From Pedosphaera sp. (lineage in GTDB: Bacteria > Verrucomicrobiota > Verrucomicrobiia > Limisphaerales > SIBH01): a stretch of DNA of 13,245 nt. The notes under the pieces were generated by a model. It was not told the DNA's origin. It did not search any database and saw nothing but the letters and a program-made list of their open reading frames with translations. Shown here one piece after another: positions 4,579 to 13,245 of the stretch; within the stretch, counting starts at the first letter, position 1; each line of letters begins with the position of its first letter. Made by a program: the position numbers and the translations under genes. The stretch lies in assembly GCA_031414955.1 (NCBI GenBank), contig JANOQV010000161.1:1-13245 (forward strand), given 5' to 3'.

Positions 4579-7500
4579 CTACGGCGAGAGTGGCGTGACC
4601 ACGCGGTAGTAGCGCTCGGGTGGGCCGGGCGGCGCGACCACGCTGTTGAACTGCATGGTCCGCACGAGCGAGGCCGGGAAGATGTTGGTCAGGTTGATCC
4701 AGGGTGCCACCGAGAGATCTGCCCGGCCTTGCAAGGTGTAGGCACGGTTGGTCTGCGCGACGAACTGCAACTGCGTGGTGTTGGTGGCCGAGAGGACCAG
4801 CTTGAGCAGGCTGAACTCATTCGTCGGGTTGGTCCCGGCCAGAAATTCATCCCGGTTGATCATCCCGTCGCCGTCGGAGTCGAGCAACGCATTGGCCGGG
4901 TCATTGGTGCTGCCGAGTCCGAAGTAACCCGACTCCCACAAATCTCCCACGCCATCCTGATCGGCGTCCGTGAGCAGAACCTGGGTGACGGTGGAACTGT
5001 TCACATTGCCGGCGGCGTTGGCCACCACGATGCGCACGCTGGTGTAGCCGATCTGCACGTTGGGGAGGATGAACAGGCCCGTGGAGTTGGTCAACATGCC
5101 CACGCCGTTGGTCAGGAGGCGGAAGGTGAGGGGGAGAAACGGATGGATGGGTCCGGCCGCGACGAAATAGATCGCCGTCTGTCCCGGCAGCACGAATTGG
5201 GAAACCGGCTGGTTGGAAATGCCCGGCCGGACCAGGACGGTGAAGGCCACGGAGGTCGAGGCCGTCCCGTAGGCGTTGGTTACGGTGAATCCGTAGAGGC
5301 CGCTCTGGGCCAGCACCAGGTTGGTCATGGTGAACGACTGGTTGGTGGCGCCGGGGATGTTCACGTTGTTGAACCGCCACTGGTGGCGCAGCGGCGGAGT
5401 CCCCGCCAGGCTCACGGTGAAGGTGACGTTCGAGCCGGCGTTGGTCGAGTAGGTGGCGGGCGGCGCGGTGAGAACTAGCGGCGGCTCCACGATGGAGACC
5501 TGGGCCACGGCGCTGAAGGCCGGGCCGCCGGCATTGCGCACATAGACATCGTAGGCGCCGGAATCATCCACGCGCAGATAATCGAGGAAGAGCCACGAGT
5601 TGGTCTGGCCGGAAAGCTCGACGCCGTTGAAACGCCATTGCCAGGACAGCGGGCCGCTGCCGGCGGCGGCGGCTTGCAGCAACAGATCGGTGCTGACCAG
5701 CACGTTGGCGCTCGCTGGTGACTGGGTGATGGCGGGCGGAGACACGGCGGCGACGGCATTGGTGCGGCCGGCGGTGGGCGCGGCGGCCAGCCAGTTGGCG
5801 GCATCGTGGCCGTAGTTTCCGGCCACGCGGCGCTGGAGTGAAAGCCCGCCGCCATCGACCGCCCCGGAGGGCCACGGCGCGGAGTCGCGATAGGATACTT
5901 TATCCACGCGCACCTGGGGCACGAACGCGCCGTCGGGGAGGTCGGGCTTGAAGAGGTCAATGGTTTCGCCGCCGTTGTCGAGCTGGCCCGAGTAGGGGCC
6001 GAACACGGGCACAGCAGGGGAGACACCGTACTGGGCGCGGAACGACGTGAGCGCGGCCACCTCGACCACGGGATCGAAATTCACCACGAGCAAAAAGCCG
6101 TCCGCCGCCAGCGTGGTGGAGGGCGGGAAGGCAAAGCTCACGCCGTCGCCCAGCCGCCAGGTGTTGGTCGGCCGCGCCGGATCAAACAGGGCGACGTTCG
6201 TCGAGGCGAGGTTGCGCAACTCGATGAACTCGGTCGCGCCCGGCAGGCCGTCGGGCGGGTGGTACATGATCTCGTGGATCACCACCGGGCCGACCAGCGG
6301 CCTGGCATTGGTGTCGCCGAAGGTGCGCGCCGCCTGAGCCGTGAACTCATTTTCGCCACCCACCTCAAAGCGCCCGAATGAAACGTCCGCGGCCGCCGCG
6401 CCGAACTTCACGCGGGTGCGAAAGCCAGTCAGGTTGGTGGAGATGTCCGCCGCCGAGAGCCACAGCTCGCCGCCGCGCGCCCGGTCGAGGACGAACGCGT
6501 TTGGTCCGGTGTTGATCTGTGCTTCGTAGATCAGCTTGAAGCCGCCGCCGGAAACCACCGGCGTGTCGTCCGCGAAGCGGAATTTCTTCAACGCCGCCGG
6601 ATTGTCGCTCAGGAACCATCCGCCCACGGCGACGTCCGCGCCGGTGAGGTTGCGCAGTTCGATCGCGTCTTCAAGCGGCAGGTTGGCGTGGGTCAGGATT
6701 TCGTTGAGGGCCACGTCGGTGATCAGGCGGTAGTTCGATTCCGCCGGCGTGGCCGAGCCGGGCAAGCTGAAGACATTGGTCGAACCATCGGGCACGCGGC
6801 CTTGCGACACGCCGGGCGGTTGCGCGCCAAACGCGACGGTGTCGAGAATGGTGCTGCCGTTGGTGGCGTAGAGGCGGATGCTCTCGCCGAGGGCATCGAG
6901 ATCGAAGTTCACATGATTGCGGCCCTCCTCGGGCTGCGCGTCCGCCAGCCACTGCACGAAGCCGCCGGCGGCGATGAAGCTCAAGGGCGCGGCGCGGAAC
7001 TCGTTCGTGCCCGAGGTGGTGGGGTCGTCCGTGAACACCAGCCCGGCGAGATCGATTGGGAGGTTGGTGGTGTTGAATAACTCGAACCAGTCGGGACCGT
7101 CGGCGGAATTCGCCATCCACACGTTGATGCGCAACGAGGTGGCGGCGCCGAGCGCGGCGAATGCGCCATTGGGCGCTCCGGGTGTCGGGGTCGTGAGCAG
7201 TCGCCAGATGGGAGCGGCGACGTTTGGACCAATGGAGCGGTTGGTGATCTGGAATCCGTACTCGATGGCATTCACCACCTGCCCGGCGGGGTTGAAGAGA
7301 TACACGCCGCCGCTTTCGCCCGCGAGCGACTGGCCCAGATTGTAGAAGCTGGAATTGGTCGAGACCGGCGTGCCGTCGTCGCACCACACCAGCGTGTAGC
7401 CGAGCGCGGGCGTGGCGGCGTCGGGCGGAAAAATCCACCGGCCCGCGTCCGATAGATCGGTGCCCAGGCTGTAACCGGCGAGCGAGACGGGCCCGCCGTT

Positions 7501-10500
7501 GCTGTTGCACAGCTCGATGAAATCCGCAACGCGCCCCGCGCCGTTCGTCACCGCCGAGACATTGCGCGCCAGTACTTCGTTCAGCACCGGCCCGGTGTAG
7601 GTGACAGCATAATTGGTGGTCCCAGGGCTGGCCGATCCGGGGAAATTCATGATGGTGCCGGAGCCATCAGGCAGACGGCCACGCGTCAGTCCCTCGGACT
7701 GGGCGGCGTAGCTCAGTCGGTTCACCTCCGTGGCGGTGATGTCGTAGAGCACGATGACTCCACCCGTGGCCGGCAGCTTGAAGTCGAGGTGATCGGGGCC
7801 GACGCCTTCATCCGCGAAGAACTGGCTGAACCCAAACGGCGCGATGAAAGAGAGCGAGGTGATCTGATGCACGGCGGACGTGTGGGAGAGGAACGTGCCG
7901 CGCAAGGCGACGGGCAGGGCGGAGTTGTTGAACAATTCGATCCAGTCCGGCAACCCGGCGGCGGGGTTGGCCAGGAATTCATTGAGGGAAAGGTTCGCGG
8001 CGTCGCCCACGGTGGCGGCGATGTTCGCGGCGTTGGTCGTCGGCGTGTTCAAGACCCACCCAGCGCCAAGGCGGCCGACGGAGTAATCCGCAAGTTGCAG
8101 CCCGAAGCTGAGGGCGTCGGCCAGGTTGGTGTCGGCGTCGTAGAGATGGACGTTGTCGCCGTTGCGACCGAAGGCGAAACCGCTGTGCAGTCCGGGCGTG
8201 GTGTTGGTCAGGGCGTCGCACCAGACGGTGAGGAAGCCGTTGGCGTCGATGATCGTGCCCGGCGGGAAGACGAACTTCCGCGGATCGCCGTCATCGGTCA
8301 GGCTCCAACCGGCGAGACTGAGGGGCGCGCCGCTGGTGTTGGCCAGCTCCACGTAGTCTGGGAAAGTGCCGGCGTGGTTGACGGCACTGAAGTTATCCGC
8401 CAGCACTTCGTTGAGGCGCACATGGCCGGAGGCCGGGGCCGCGTTGGCCGTGCCCGGGGTTCCGCCGGGAGTGGTGCTCGCGCGCCAGTTCGCCGGATCA
8501 TCGGGATCGCCAGCTGGGTTGATGTTCTCCAGGGAGAATCCACCGCCATCCGCCGCGCCCGGCCATCCGCCCGCGTCGTCGTAATCGAGCGAGGTGATGA
8601 TGTTGCCCGCCGCATCCTTGAGCACCAGGCGTTCGCCACCGTTGTTCAAACCGCCCGCGAAGTAGCCCGCCACCGACACGCCGGAATAGAGCGCCGCGAA
8701 GGCTCCCGGACTCAAATCAGAGGCGAGCACCAGCCGCGCGCCACCGGCCAGGGTGCTGCCCACCGGAAACGTGAAGGTGACGCCCTCGAAGTACAGACCG
8801 CTGAGATTCAACGGAGTGGAGCCGACGTTTTGCAGCTCAATGAACTCGTAGGCGCTCGAGTCGGCCGGGTTGTAGTTGATCTCGGTGATGCGCAAAGGCA
8901 CCCCGCGCGAGGCCACGGAGAAAGTGGCCTCGGTGAGCGCGCTCCAGTTGCCCGCCGTGAGGGTGCGGGCTTTGATCAGGGTGTCCTGATTCAGCACGAG
9001 GGGCGCCGCATAGGCCACGGCGCTGTTCGACACTGCGCCGGTGAACATCACCCGCGGGTCCGCGCCGTCGGTGGTGAAATAAATCGTCCCGCCGCCGCTG
9101 GCCGTCATGGTGAGGCTGAAGCCGGGCGGCACATTGCTGCCATGCTGGCTGAAGGCCGGCGCGGTGTCGGAGCCATACAAGCCGTAAGTGATGAACTGGT
9201 TCAGGAGCGGCGCGCGCCGGTTCGGGATGAAGGTGTTCAGGATGGTCTGGGACAACGTCGGGATCACGCCGAGCAGTTCCGTGCGCAACTGGATGAAGCG
9301 ATTGGCAATGTTGGTGTCGGTCATCGCGCCGCCGTTGAAAAAATGTTTTTGCACGCGATCCGCCCAGAGCAGCCGGAACTCCGCGCTGTTGCGCAGGCGG
9401 GTGTAGAAGACGGGAATCTCGGCCGTGCCGTTCAGGAGCGGGCTGTTCACGCCGGCAGGGTTGATGCCCCGGGCGATGAAGCTGTCCGAGGTCGCGGTGC
9501 TCCCGTCGAATTCACCGAACGCACCTTCGGCGTCCCAGACGTAGAAGCGAAATTTTCCGCCCGGCGCGCGCTCGCGGGCCGCGCGCCAGTTGTTGTGCGG
9601 CCAGTCCCAGGTGCAGCCGTAGGTGTTCACGATCAGGTAGTCGATGAAGTTGACCACATCCATGCGGCGCAGCACCTCGGTGAAGATCGCCGGCTGCGTC
9701 ACATCCTGGCCGCTGACGTAGGTGCGCAGGCTGTTCCATTCCACCGCGTCGCCGCCCTGCACCGCGCTGCCCACGGTGAGGATGTCCCAACTGTTGCTCC
9801 CGCCGTGCCAGTTCTGGAGGAAGCCTTCCTCCACGCGCTCGGTGGGATTGTAGTAGCCCTTGTACACGCCATTGATGAAGAAGTTGACCCAGGTGCCGTG
9901 GCAGGCGACCTGGCCCATGTCGGCGGACAACTGGCGGGCCAGCTCGTCGCGCAGGAAGGGATTCGAGATGTCGTTGTGCCCGGCCCGCAGGACGATCTGA
10001 TCGAAGTCCTGCACCGCCCCGTCCGAGAAGACCGGATACTTCAGCCGGTCGGAGCTGTAATCACCGCGGAAGTAGAGGCGGTAGGAAATCTTGTCCGTGG
10101 CCGCGTAGCGCGGGCGCGTGTAATCGCTACCCTGGACCCTCATGCCGGAGTCGATTTGAAACCCGGAGTTGTCGCCGGGGTGGATGTATTCCACGGACAT
10201 GGGCCGCTCCCAAGCGAGGCCGTTCGAGGTCGTGTTGTGATACTCGCCGGGGACGGCGGGGACAGAGGGCACCCACGGATTGGCCGGCGGGCCGCTGCCG
10301 CCGTTCATGCCGATGATGCCGGTCGGGCCGATCATGTTGTTGCTCAAGGTCTGGATGGAAAGAATGGGCAGCGAGCGAATGGCCGCTGACTGATTGAAGT
10401 AGAACGAGTGTGATTCCACCAGGGCAGGCAGTTCGTTGGTCTTGAAGGCCGCCGCCCGCACCATGAACGTGCTGTTCACCGCCAGCGGCAAGGAGAACGT

Positions 10501-12315
10501 CAGACCGTTCACCAGCGTCGGCTCGCTGCCATTGGTCGAGTAACGGATGACCGCGCCGCGCGTGGCGCAACTCAGGATGAGATTGAACGGCTGACTGAAA
10601 TGACCGCGCGCGGTGCTGAAGTGAACGGGTTCCACGACGCCGGTGATGGTGCTCACCCCGTTGGCCGTGCCGGGCGTGGGCGTGGCGAAGTAGCGCAGGG
10701 CACCGCCGGTCTCCGGGCCGTAAGAGTGGTCGTTGCGCTGCACCGGATACTTGGGCAAGAAGCCGGCGGCGAACTGGCGCGGTGAATCGGGCGTGAACAG
10801 CCCGAGAAAATCCCCCGTGATGGCCAGTTTGAAATTGGTGTGCAACCGGTTCGTGCCCGTGGGCGCGGTGCGATCCTTGGCCGAGGCGAAGACCACCAGA
10901 TACGCGCCGGGGGCCAAAACGCGTTGCGGGAAAACCCAGCGCCCCGGCTCATCCGCCTCATCGCTCAGGGACCAGCCGAGCAAATCCACCGCGTTCGTGC
11001 CGGCGTTGTACAGTTCGATCCAGTCCTGTTCTTCGCCGTCCTCGTCGCGCAATCCGCTTTGATTCGAGGCGTTGATCTCGTTGATGACCACGCCGTAGGT
11101 GTTGGCGTCCGGATCGACGGTGTAGCTCCACGGATCAGCGAGCAAGGCGTTCGGGCCGGCGGCGAAATCCGTGATGCCGTGACCGGGTTGCCACTGGACC
11201 GAGACTGGACCGTTGGGTTGGAGAGCGAATTGAAAAACGAAAACCGCGCCGGGCTGCACGACGACATTCGTGGCCGGCTGACCGTTTACCAAGAGGTCCG
11301 CCGCGTTCACGCCGTTGACCGCTTCGCTGAAGGTCACGGTGATTTGCCCCAGCGCCTGCACCACGGCGCTGGCGGCCGGGAAGCGCGCCGCGACCATCGG
11401 CGGCACCACGTCCAGATGCGTGTAGCTCCAGGTCGCGCCGGGTTGGTTGTCGTCGAAGGCGTTGGGCGGCGCCGCCAAATCCGTGATGCCGTGTCCGACC
11501 ACCCAGGTGATCGGCACGTTGCCATACGGCGCGGACGGAAAAGTGAAGGTGTAAGTGTCACCGCTCCCGCTCAGGCCGGTGGCTCCGATGCCGTGGACGT
11601 TGAGATCGTCGGCGACCAGACCCGTGATCGGCTCGCTGAACTGGATGGTGATCTCGGTGAGATTCGTCAACACGCTGTTCGGCGCGGGCGTAACGCTGAC
11701 GATGGTGGGCGGGTTCGTGTCCACGAGGATCGCGTCGAGCGAGGCGTCGAACACGATGTCGCTGCTGGCGGTCGTGGTGTTGAAGACCTGCACGGCCAGC
11801 GTGTTCGTGCCCAGCACCAGATAGCCGCCCGGGGAGGCCACGGTGTAGAACTGAAATGAGACCGGCTCCGTGGCCCCCGTGGCCAGGTTGGTGAACGTCA
11901 CCGTGGTGCCCGGCCCGCCGGGCATGTTGGTGCGCGCGATCTCCGTGCCGTTGACCCAGGCCACGAAACCGTCGTCCACCTTCGCGCCCAGTTGGAGCGC
12001 GGCGATTTGTCCGAGGTTGGTGATCACGAAGGTGCGGCGCAGGAAGAAGCAACCGTACTGGCTCACCATGTCGTTCAAGTCGGTGCCGTAGCCGTAGCCC
12101 TCACCGTAGGTGAAAGGTGCCGGCGTGTTGGTGAAGGCCGCGTCATTGAAGCCATTCGTCCGCCAGGCCGTGATGTCCGGCAGGGTGACTTCCGTGCGGC
12201 CTTTGAAGAGCGCCCAGGAGGCATTGGTCGAGACGAGAGGGACGAGTTCGGCGGACTGAAGCAGTACACACGAAGCCGACAAGAGTGCCAGGAAGGCGAC
12301 GATTGCATGGGTCAT
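4579..12315 (-). CDS. Giant secreted CotH-family kinase / lamin-tail-domain protein (~2578 aa)
   Basis: Likely start MTHAIVAFLALLSASCVLLQSA (signal-peptide-like) at 12315. Approximate order: jelly-roll-like module (DDGFVAWVNGTEIAR); two Ig-like domains; LTD1 (VVINEINASN...DWIELYN, ~11090-10660); CHB_HEX_C/Fn3-associated (IRYSTNGSEPT); CotH kinase (~10370-9190; RVQG, KISYRLYF, LRDEL, FINGVYKGYY..TE, DWPHNN at ~9600, WDAE at ~9530); second Fn3-associated domain (IYFTTDGADPR); LTD2-8 (ITEINYNP, LNEVLADN, LNEFLANP, LNEVLARN, INVWMANS, LNEILTHA, IHEIMYHP); three Ig domains; DxDxDG Ca-binding motifs; C-terminal ...W....YYRV module. Confidence 0.9.
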   Translation of the reverse strand: MTHAIVAFLALLSASCVLLQSAELVPLVSTNASWALFKGRTEVTLPDITAWRTNGFNDAAFTNTPAPFTYGEGYGYGTDLNDMVSQYGCFFLRRTFVITNLGQIAALQLGAKVDDGFVAWVNGTEIARTNMPGGPGTTVTFTNLATGATEPVSFQFYTVASPGGYLVLGTNTLAVQVFNTTTASSDIVFDASLDAILVDTNPPTIVSVTPAPNSVLTNLTEITIQFSEPITGLVADDLNVHGIGATGLSGSGDTYTFTFPSAPYGNVPITWVVGHGITDLAAPPNAFDDNQPGATWSYTHLDVVPPMVAARFPAASAVVQALGQITVTFSEAVNGVNAADLLVNGQPATNVVVQPGAVFVFQFALQPNGPVSVQWQPGHGITDFAAGPNALLADPWSYTVDPDANTYGVVINEINASNQSGLRDEDGEEQDWIELYNAGTNAVDLLGWSLSDEADEPGRWVFPQRVLAPGAYLVVFASAKDRTAPTGTNRLHTNFKLAITGDFLGLFTPDSPRQFAAGFLPKYPVQRNDHSYGPETGGALRYFATPTPGTANGVSTITGVVEPVHFSTARGHFSQPFNLILSCATRGAVIRYSTNGSEPTLVNGLTFSLPLAVNSTFMVRAAAFKTNELPALVESHSFYFNQSAAIRSLPILSIQTLSNNMIGPTGIIGMNGGSGPPANPWVPSVPAVPGEYHNTTSNGLAWERPMSVEYIHPGDNSGFQIDSGMRVQGSDYTRPRYAATDKISYRLYFRGDYSSDRLKYPVFSDGAVQDFDQIVLRAGHNDISNPFLRDELARQLSADMGQVACHGTWVNFFINGVYKGYYNPTERVEEGFLQNWHGGSNSWDILTVGSAVQGGDAVEWNSLRTYVSGQDVTQPAIFTEVLRRMDVVNFIDYLIVNTYGCTWDWPHNNWRAARERAPGGKFRFYVWDAEGAFGEFDGSTATSDSFIARGINPAGVNSPLLNGTAEIPVFYTRLRNSAEFRLLWADRVQKHFFNGGAMTDTNIANRFIQLRTELLGVIPTLSQTILNTFIPNRRAPLLNQFITYGLYGSDTAPAFSQHGSNVPPGFSLTMTASGGGTIYFTTDGADPRVMFTGAVSNSAVAYAAPLVLNQDTLIKARTLTAGNWSALTEATFSVASRGVPLRITEINYNPADSSAYEFIELQNVGSTPLNLSGLYFEGVTFTFPVGSTLAGGARLVLASDLSPGAFAALYSGVSVAGYFAGGLNNGGERLVLKDAAGNIITSLDYDDAGGWPGAADGGGFSLENINPAGDPDDPANWRASTTPGGTPGTANAAPASGHVRLNEVLADNFSAVNHAGTFPDYVELANTSGAPLSLAGWSLTDDGDPRKFVFPPGTIIDANGFLTVWCDALTNTTPGLHSGFAFGRNGDNVHLYDADTNLADALSFGLQLADYSVGRLGAGWVLNTPTTNAANIAATVGDAANLSLNEFLANPAAGLPDWIELFNNSALPVALRGTFLSHTSAVHQITSLSFIAPFGFSQFFADEGVGPDHLDFKLPATGGVIVLYDITATEVNRLSYAAQSEGLTRGRLPDGSGTIMNFPGSASPGTTNYAVTYTGPVLNEVLARNVSAVTNGAGRVADFIELCNSNGGPVSLAGYSLGTDLSDAGRWIFPPDAATPALGYTLVWCDDGTPVSTNSSFYNLGQSLAGESGGVYLFNPAGQVVNAIEYGFQITNRSIGPNVAAPIWRLLTTPTPGAPNGAFAALGAATSLRINVWMANSADGPDWFELFNTTNLPIDLAGLVFTDDPTTSGTNEFRAAPLSFIAAGGFVQWLADAQPEEGRNHVNFDLDALGESIRLYATNGSTILDTVAFGAQPPGVSQGRVPDGSTNVFSLPGSATPAESNYRLITDVALNEILTHANLPLEDAIELRNLTGADVAVGGWFLSDNPAALKKFRFADDTPVVSGGGFKLIYEAQINTGPNAFVLDRARGGELWLSAADISTNLTGFRTRVKFGAAAADVSFGRFEVGGENEFTAQAARTFGDTNARPLVGPVVIHEIMYHPPDGLPGATEFIELRNLASTNVALFDPARPTNTWRLGDGVSFAFPPSTTLAADGFLLVVNFDPVVEVAALTSFRAQYGVSPAVPVFGPYSGQLDNGGETIDLFKPDLPDGAFVPQVRVDKVSYRDSAPWPSGAVDGGGLSLQRRVAGNYGHDAANWLAAAPTAGRTNAVAAVSPPAITQSPASANVLVSTDLLLQAAAAGSGPLSWQWRFNGVELSGQTNSWLFLDYLRVDDSGAYDVYVRNAGGPAFSAVAQVSIVEPPLVLTAPPATYSTNAGSNVTFTVSLAGTPPLRHQWRFNNVNIPGATNQSFTMTNLVLAQSGLYGFTVTNAYGTASTSVAFTVLVRPGISNQPVSQFVLPGQTAIYFVAAGPIHPFLPLTFRLLTNGVGMLTNSTGLFILPNVQIGYTSVRIVVANAAGNVNSSTVTQVLLTDADQDGVGDLWESGYFGLGSTNDPANALLDSDGDGMINRDEFLAGTNPTNEFSLLKLVLSATNTTQLQFVAQTNRAYTLQGRADLSVAPWINLTNIFPASLVRTMQFNSVVAPPGPPERYYRVVTPLSP

Positions 12316-12322
12316 GGGTAAG

Positions 12323-12331
12323 ACCCTAGCA
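12323..12331 (-). promoter_or_regulatory. Putative extended -10 element (TGcTAGGGT) 7 nt upstream of the ATG at 12315
   Basis: The minus strand reads TGCTAGGGT-CTTACCC-ATG with no SD, which fits a leaderless start. Confidence 0.4.
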
Positions 12332-12402
12332 ATTGTTCCGGGCGGTGGCTTCAAAAAAATGACGTCCGAAGGAACAGGGATCAACTCGACGCCCGCACCA
12401 CT

Positions 12403-12513
12403 CGGAGCGCGGGCTTTCCAGCCCGCAGCGGTGTGGAAAGACGAAAAGCGCTGGCGAGAGCGGAAGCAGTCAGCCGATTGAGCGTTGCTGCGGACTGGAA
12501 AGTCCGCGCTCCG
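12403..12513. repeat. REPIN-like inverted pair of GGAG-type REP sequences
   Basis: CGGAGCGCGGGCTTTCCAGCCCGCAGC (12403-12429) versus the reverse complement of 12487-12513, CGGAGCGCGGACTTTCCAGTCCGCAGC: 25/27 identical, 57-nt spacer. Each copy is a GGAG tetranucleotide followed by a 7-bp stem with a TTCC loop. Confidence 0.85.
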
Positions 12514-12599
12514 GTGCTGGTGTCGAATCGCGCCCAGGAACACACCCACGCGCACGGCGCGGAATGCCCCCCCGCCACCTGTGGCGTCGGCCTTTGGCC

Positions 12600-13033
12600 T
12601 CACTTCACCCGCAGCACCCACACCACTTCGTAATAGGCAGGCAGGCTCGACGCCGGATCACTGATGTAATTCCCTGGAGGGAACACCGTCACATCTGCGC
12701 CCTGCGGCACTGTCCCGCCATTGATGTTCAACCCCAGCCCGTGCCGCCGCTGGCGTTCGCGCCGCGCAGAAAACACGGCACGCCGCCCTGTGCGCCGTTC
12801 AAGTCCGGCGCGTTCAAACCATTCAACGGCGACTCCGCATCGTTGATCGCCTGGCCATTGCACTCGACCCAGGTGCCGGGCAGGGCCGGGACGTTGGGCC
12901 GGCTTTTCAAATAGCCCGTCACGCCCCCGATCGGATGGACCGCGTCGAGCAGCGCCTTGAGGCTGGTGAGTTGCTGGCGCATCTCGCCCGCGTCGAGCGG
13001 CGAGTTATCAGCCGGCTTGGTTGGATCAAACAT
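12600..13033 (-). pseudogene. Frameshifted phage tail-collar-like (microcystin-dependent-protein-like) gene
   Basis: 13033..12728 encodes PIGGV..Y...LPGTWVECNGQ...PDLNG...FLRG...GGTG, a tail-collar pattern, then stops. The expected C-terminus (LPAYYEVVWVLRVK*) lies in the -1 frame ending at 12600. Confidence 0.7.
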
Positions 13034-13044
13034 AAGTCAAGATA

Positions 13045-13105
13045 GGTTGAGGGTTGAAGGTTGAGAGTTGAGGGCGAAGCAATCGGTTGATGGTCTATGG
13101 TTGGC
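13045..13105. repeat. Heptamer tandem repeats (GGTTGAG-like)
   Basis: GGTTGAG GGTTGAA GGTTGAG AGTTGAG (13045-13072), then GGTTGAT GGTCTAT GGTTGGC (13085-13105). Confidence 0.8.
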
Positions 13106-13192
13106 GGCGCAACGCTGGCTTGCGGTGACGGAGCATTACTGAGACTCGGGCCATGGAGTGACAGTCATGATGCGACAGGCGTGTCTGTAGAA

Positions 13193-13245
13193 GGAGCGCC
13201 GAGCATTGCTCGGCCTGAGTGGACCGACGCGCCTTCGTGCCGAGC
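13193..13245. repeat. Second REP type (GGAG + palindrome), partner probably cut by the window edge
   Basis: GGAG (13193-13196), C, then GCCGAGCA-T-TGCTCGGC (13198-13214). GCCGAGC recurs at 13239-13245. Confidence 0.65.

Noticed and set aside
7789..10389. 866-aa ORF on the + strand
   Set aside because: Antisense shadow of the GC-rich CotH/LTD gene; no recognisable motifs.
12316..12621. 102-aa N-terminal extension of the 2680-aa ORF call
   Set aside because: It runs through the REP doublet and overlaps the upstream gene's end. The signal-peptide-like sequence and extended -10 point to ATG 12315.

Overview
GC-rich bacterial window, probably Verrucomicrobiota (inferred from protein-family style only). 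Left part (+ strand): the 3' portion of a large polymorphic-toxin-like gene ending in a low-GC HNH-like nuclease tip (<2..2170), coupled by an ATGA overlap to a probable immunity gene (2167..2601). Next come an orphan Fis-type HTH ORF and a stack of GGGGTC(A) end motifs surrounding a Y1/HUH (RAYT/TnpA-REP-like) transposase gene (3181..4116). That gene is bounded by 22-bp perfect inverted repeats and a CCGG duplication, and appears to be inserted into codon 6 of a decayed paralogous transposase gene. This is unusual for the IS200/IS605 superfamily and is the most interesting signal here. Right part (- strand): an RCC1-repeat gene remnant, a ~2578-aa secreted CotH-kinase protein with eight lamin-tail domains and Ig-like domains, a REPIN-like inverted REP pair with compensatory substitutions, a frameshifted tail-collar-like gene, heptamer repeats and a second REP type at the window edge. 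All domain calls are by motif recognition; no searches were run.
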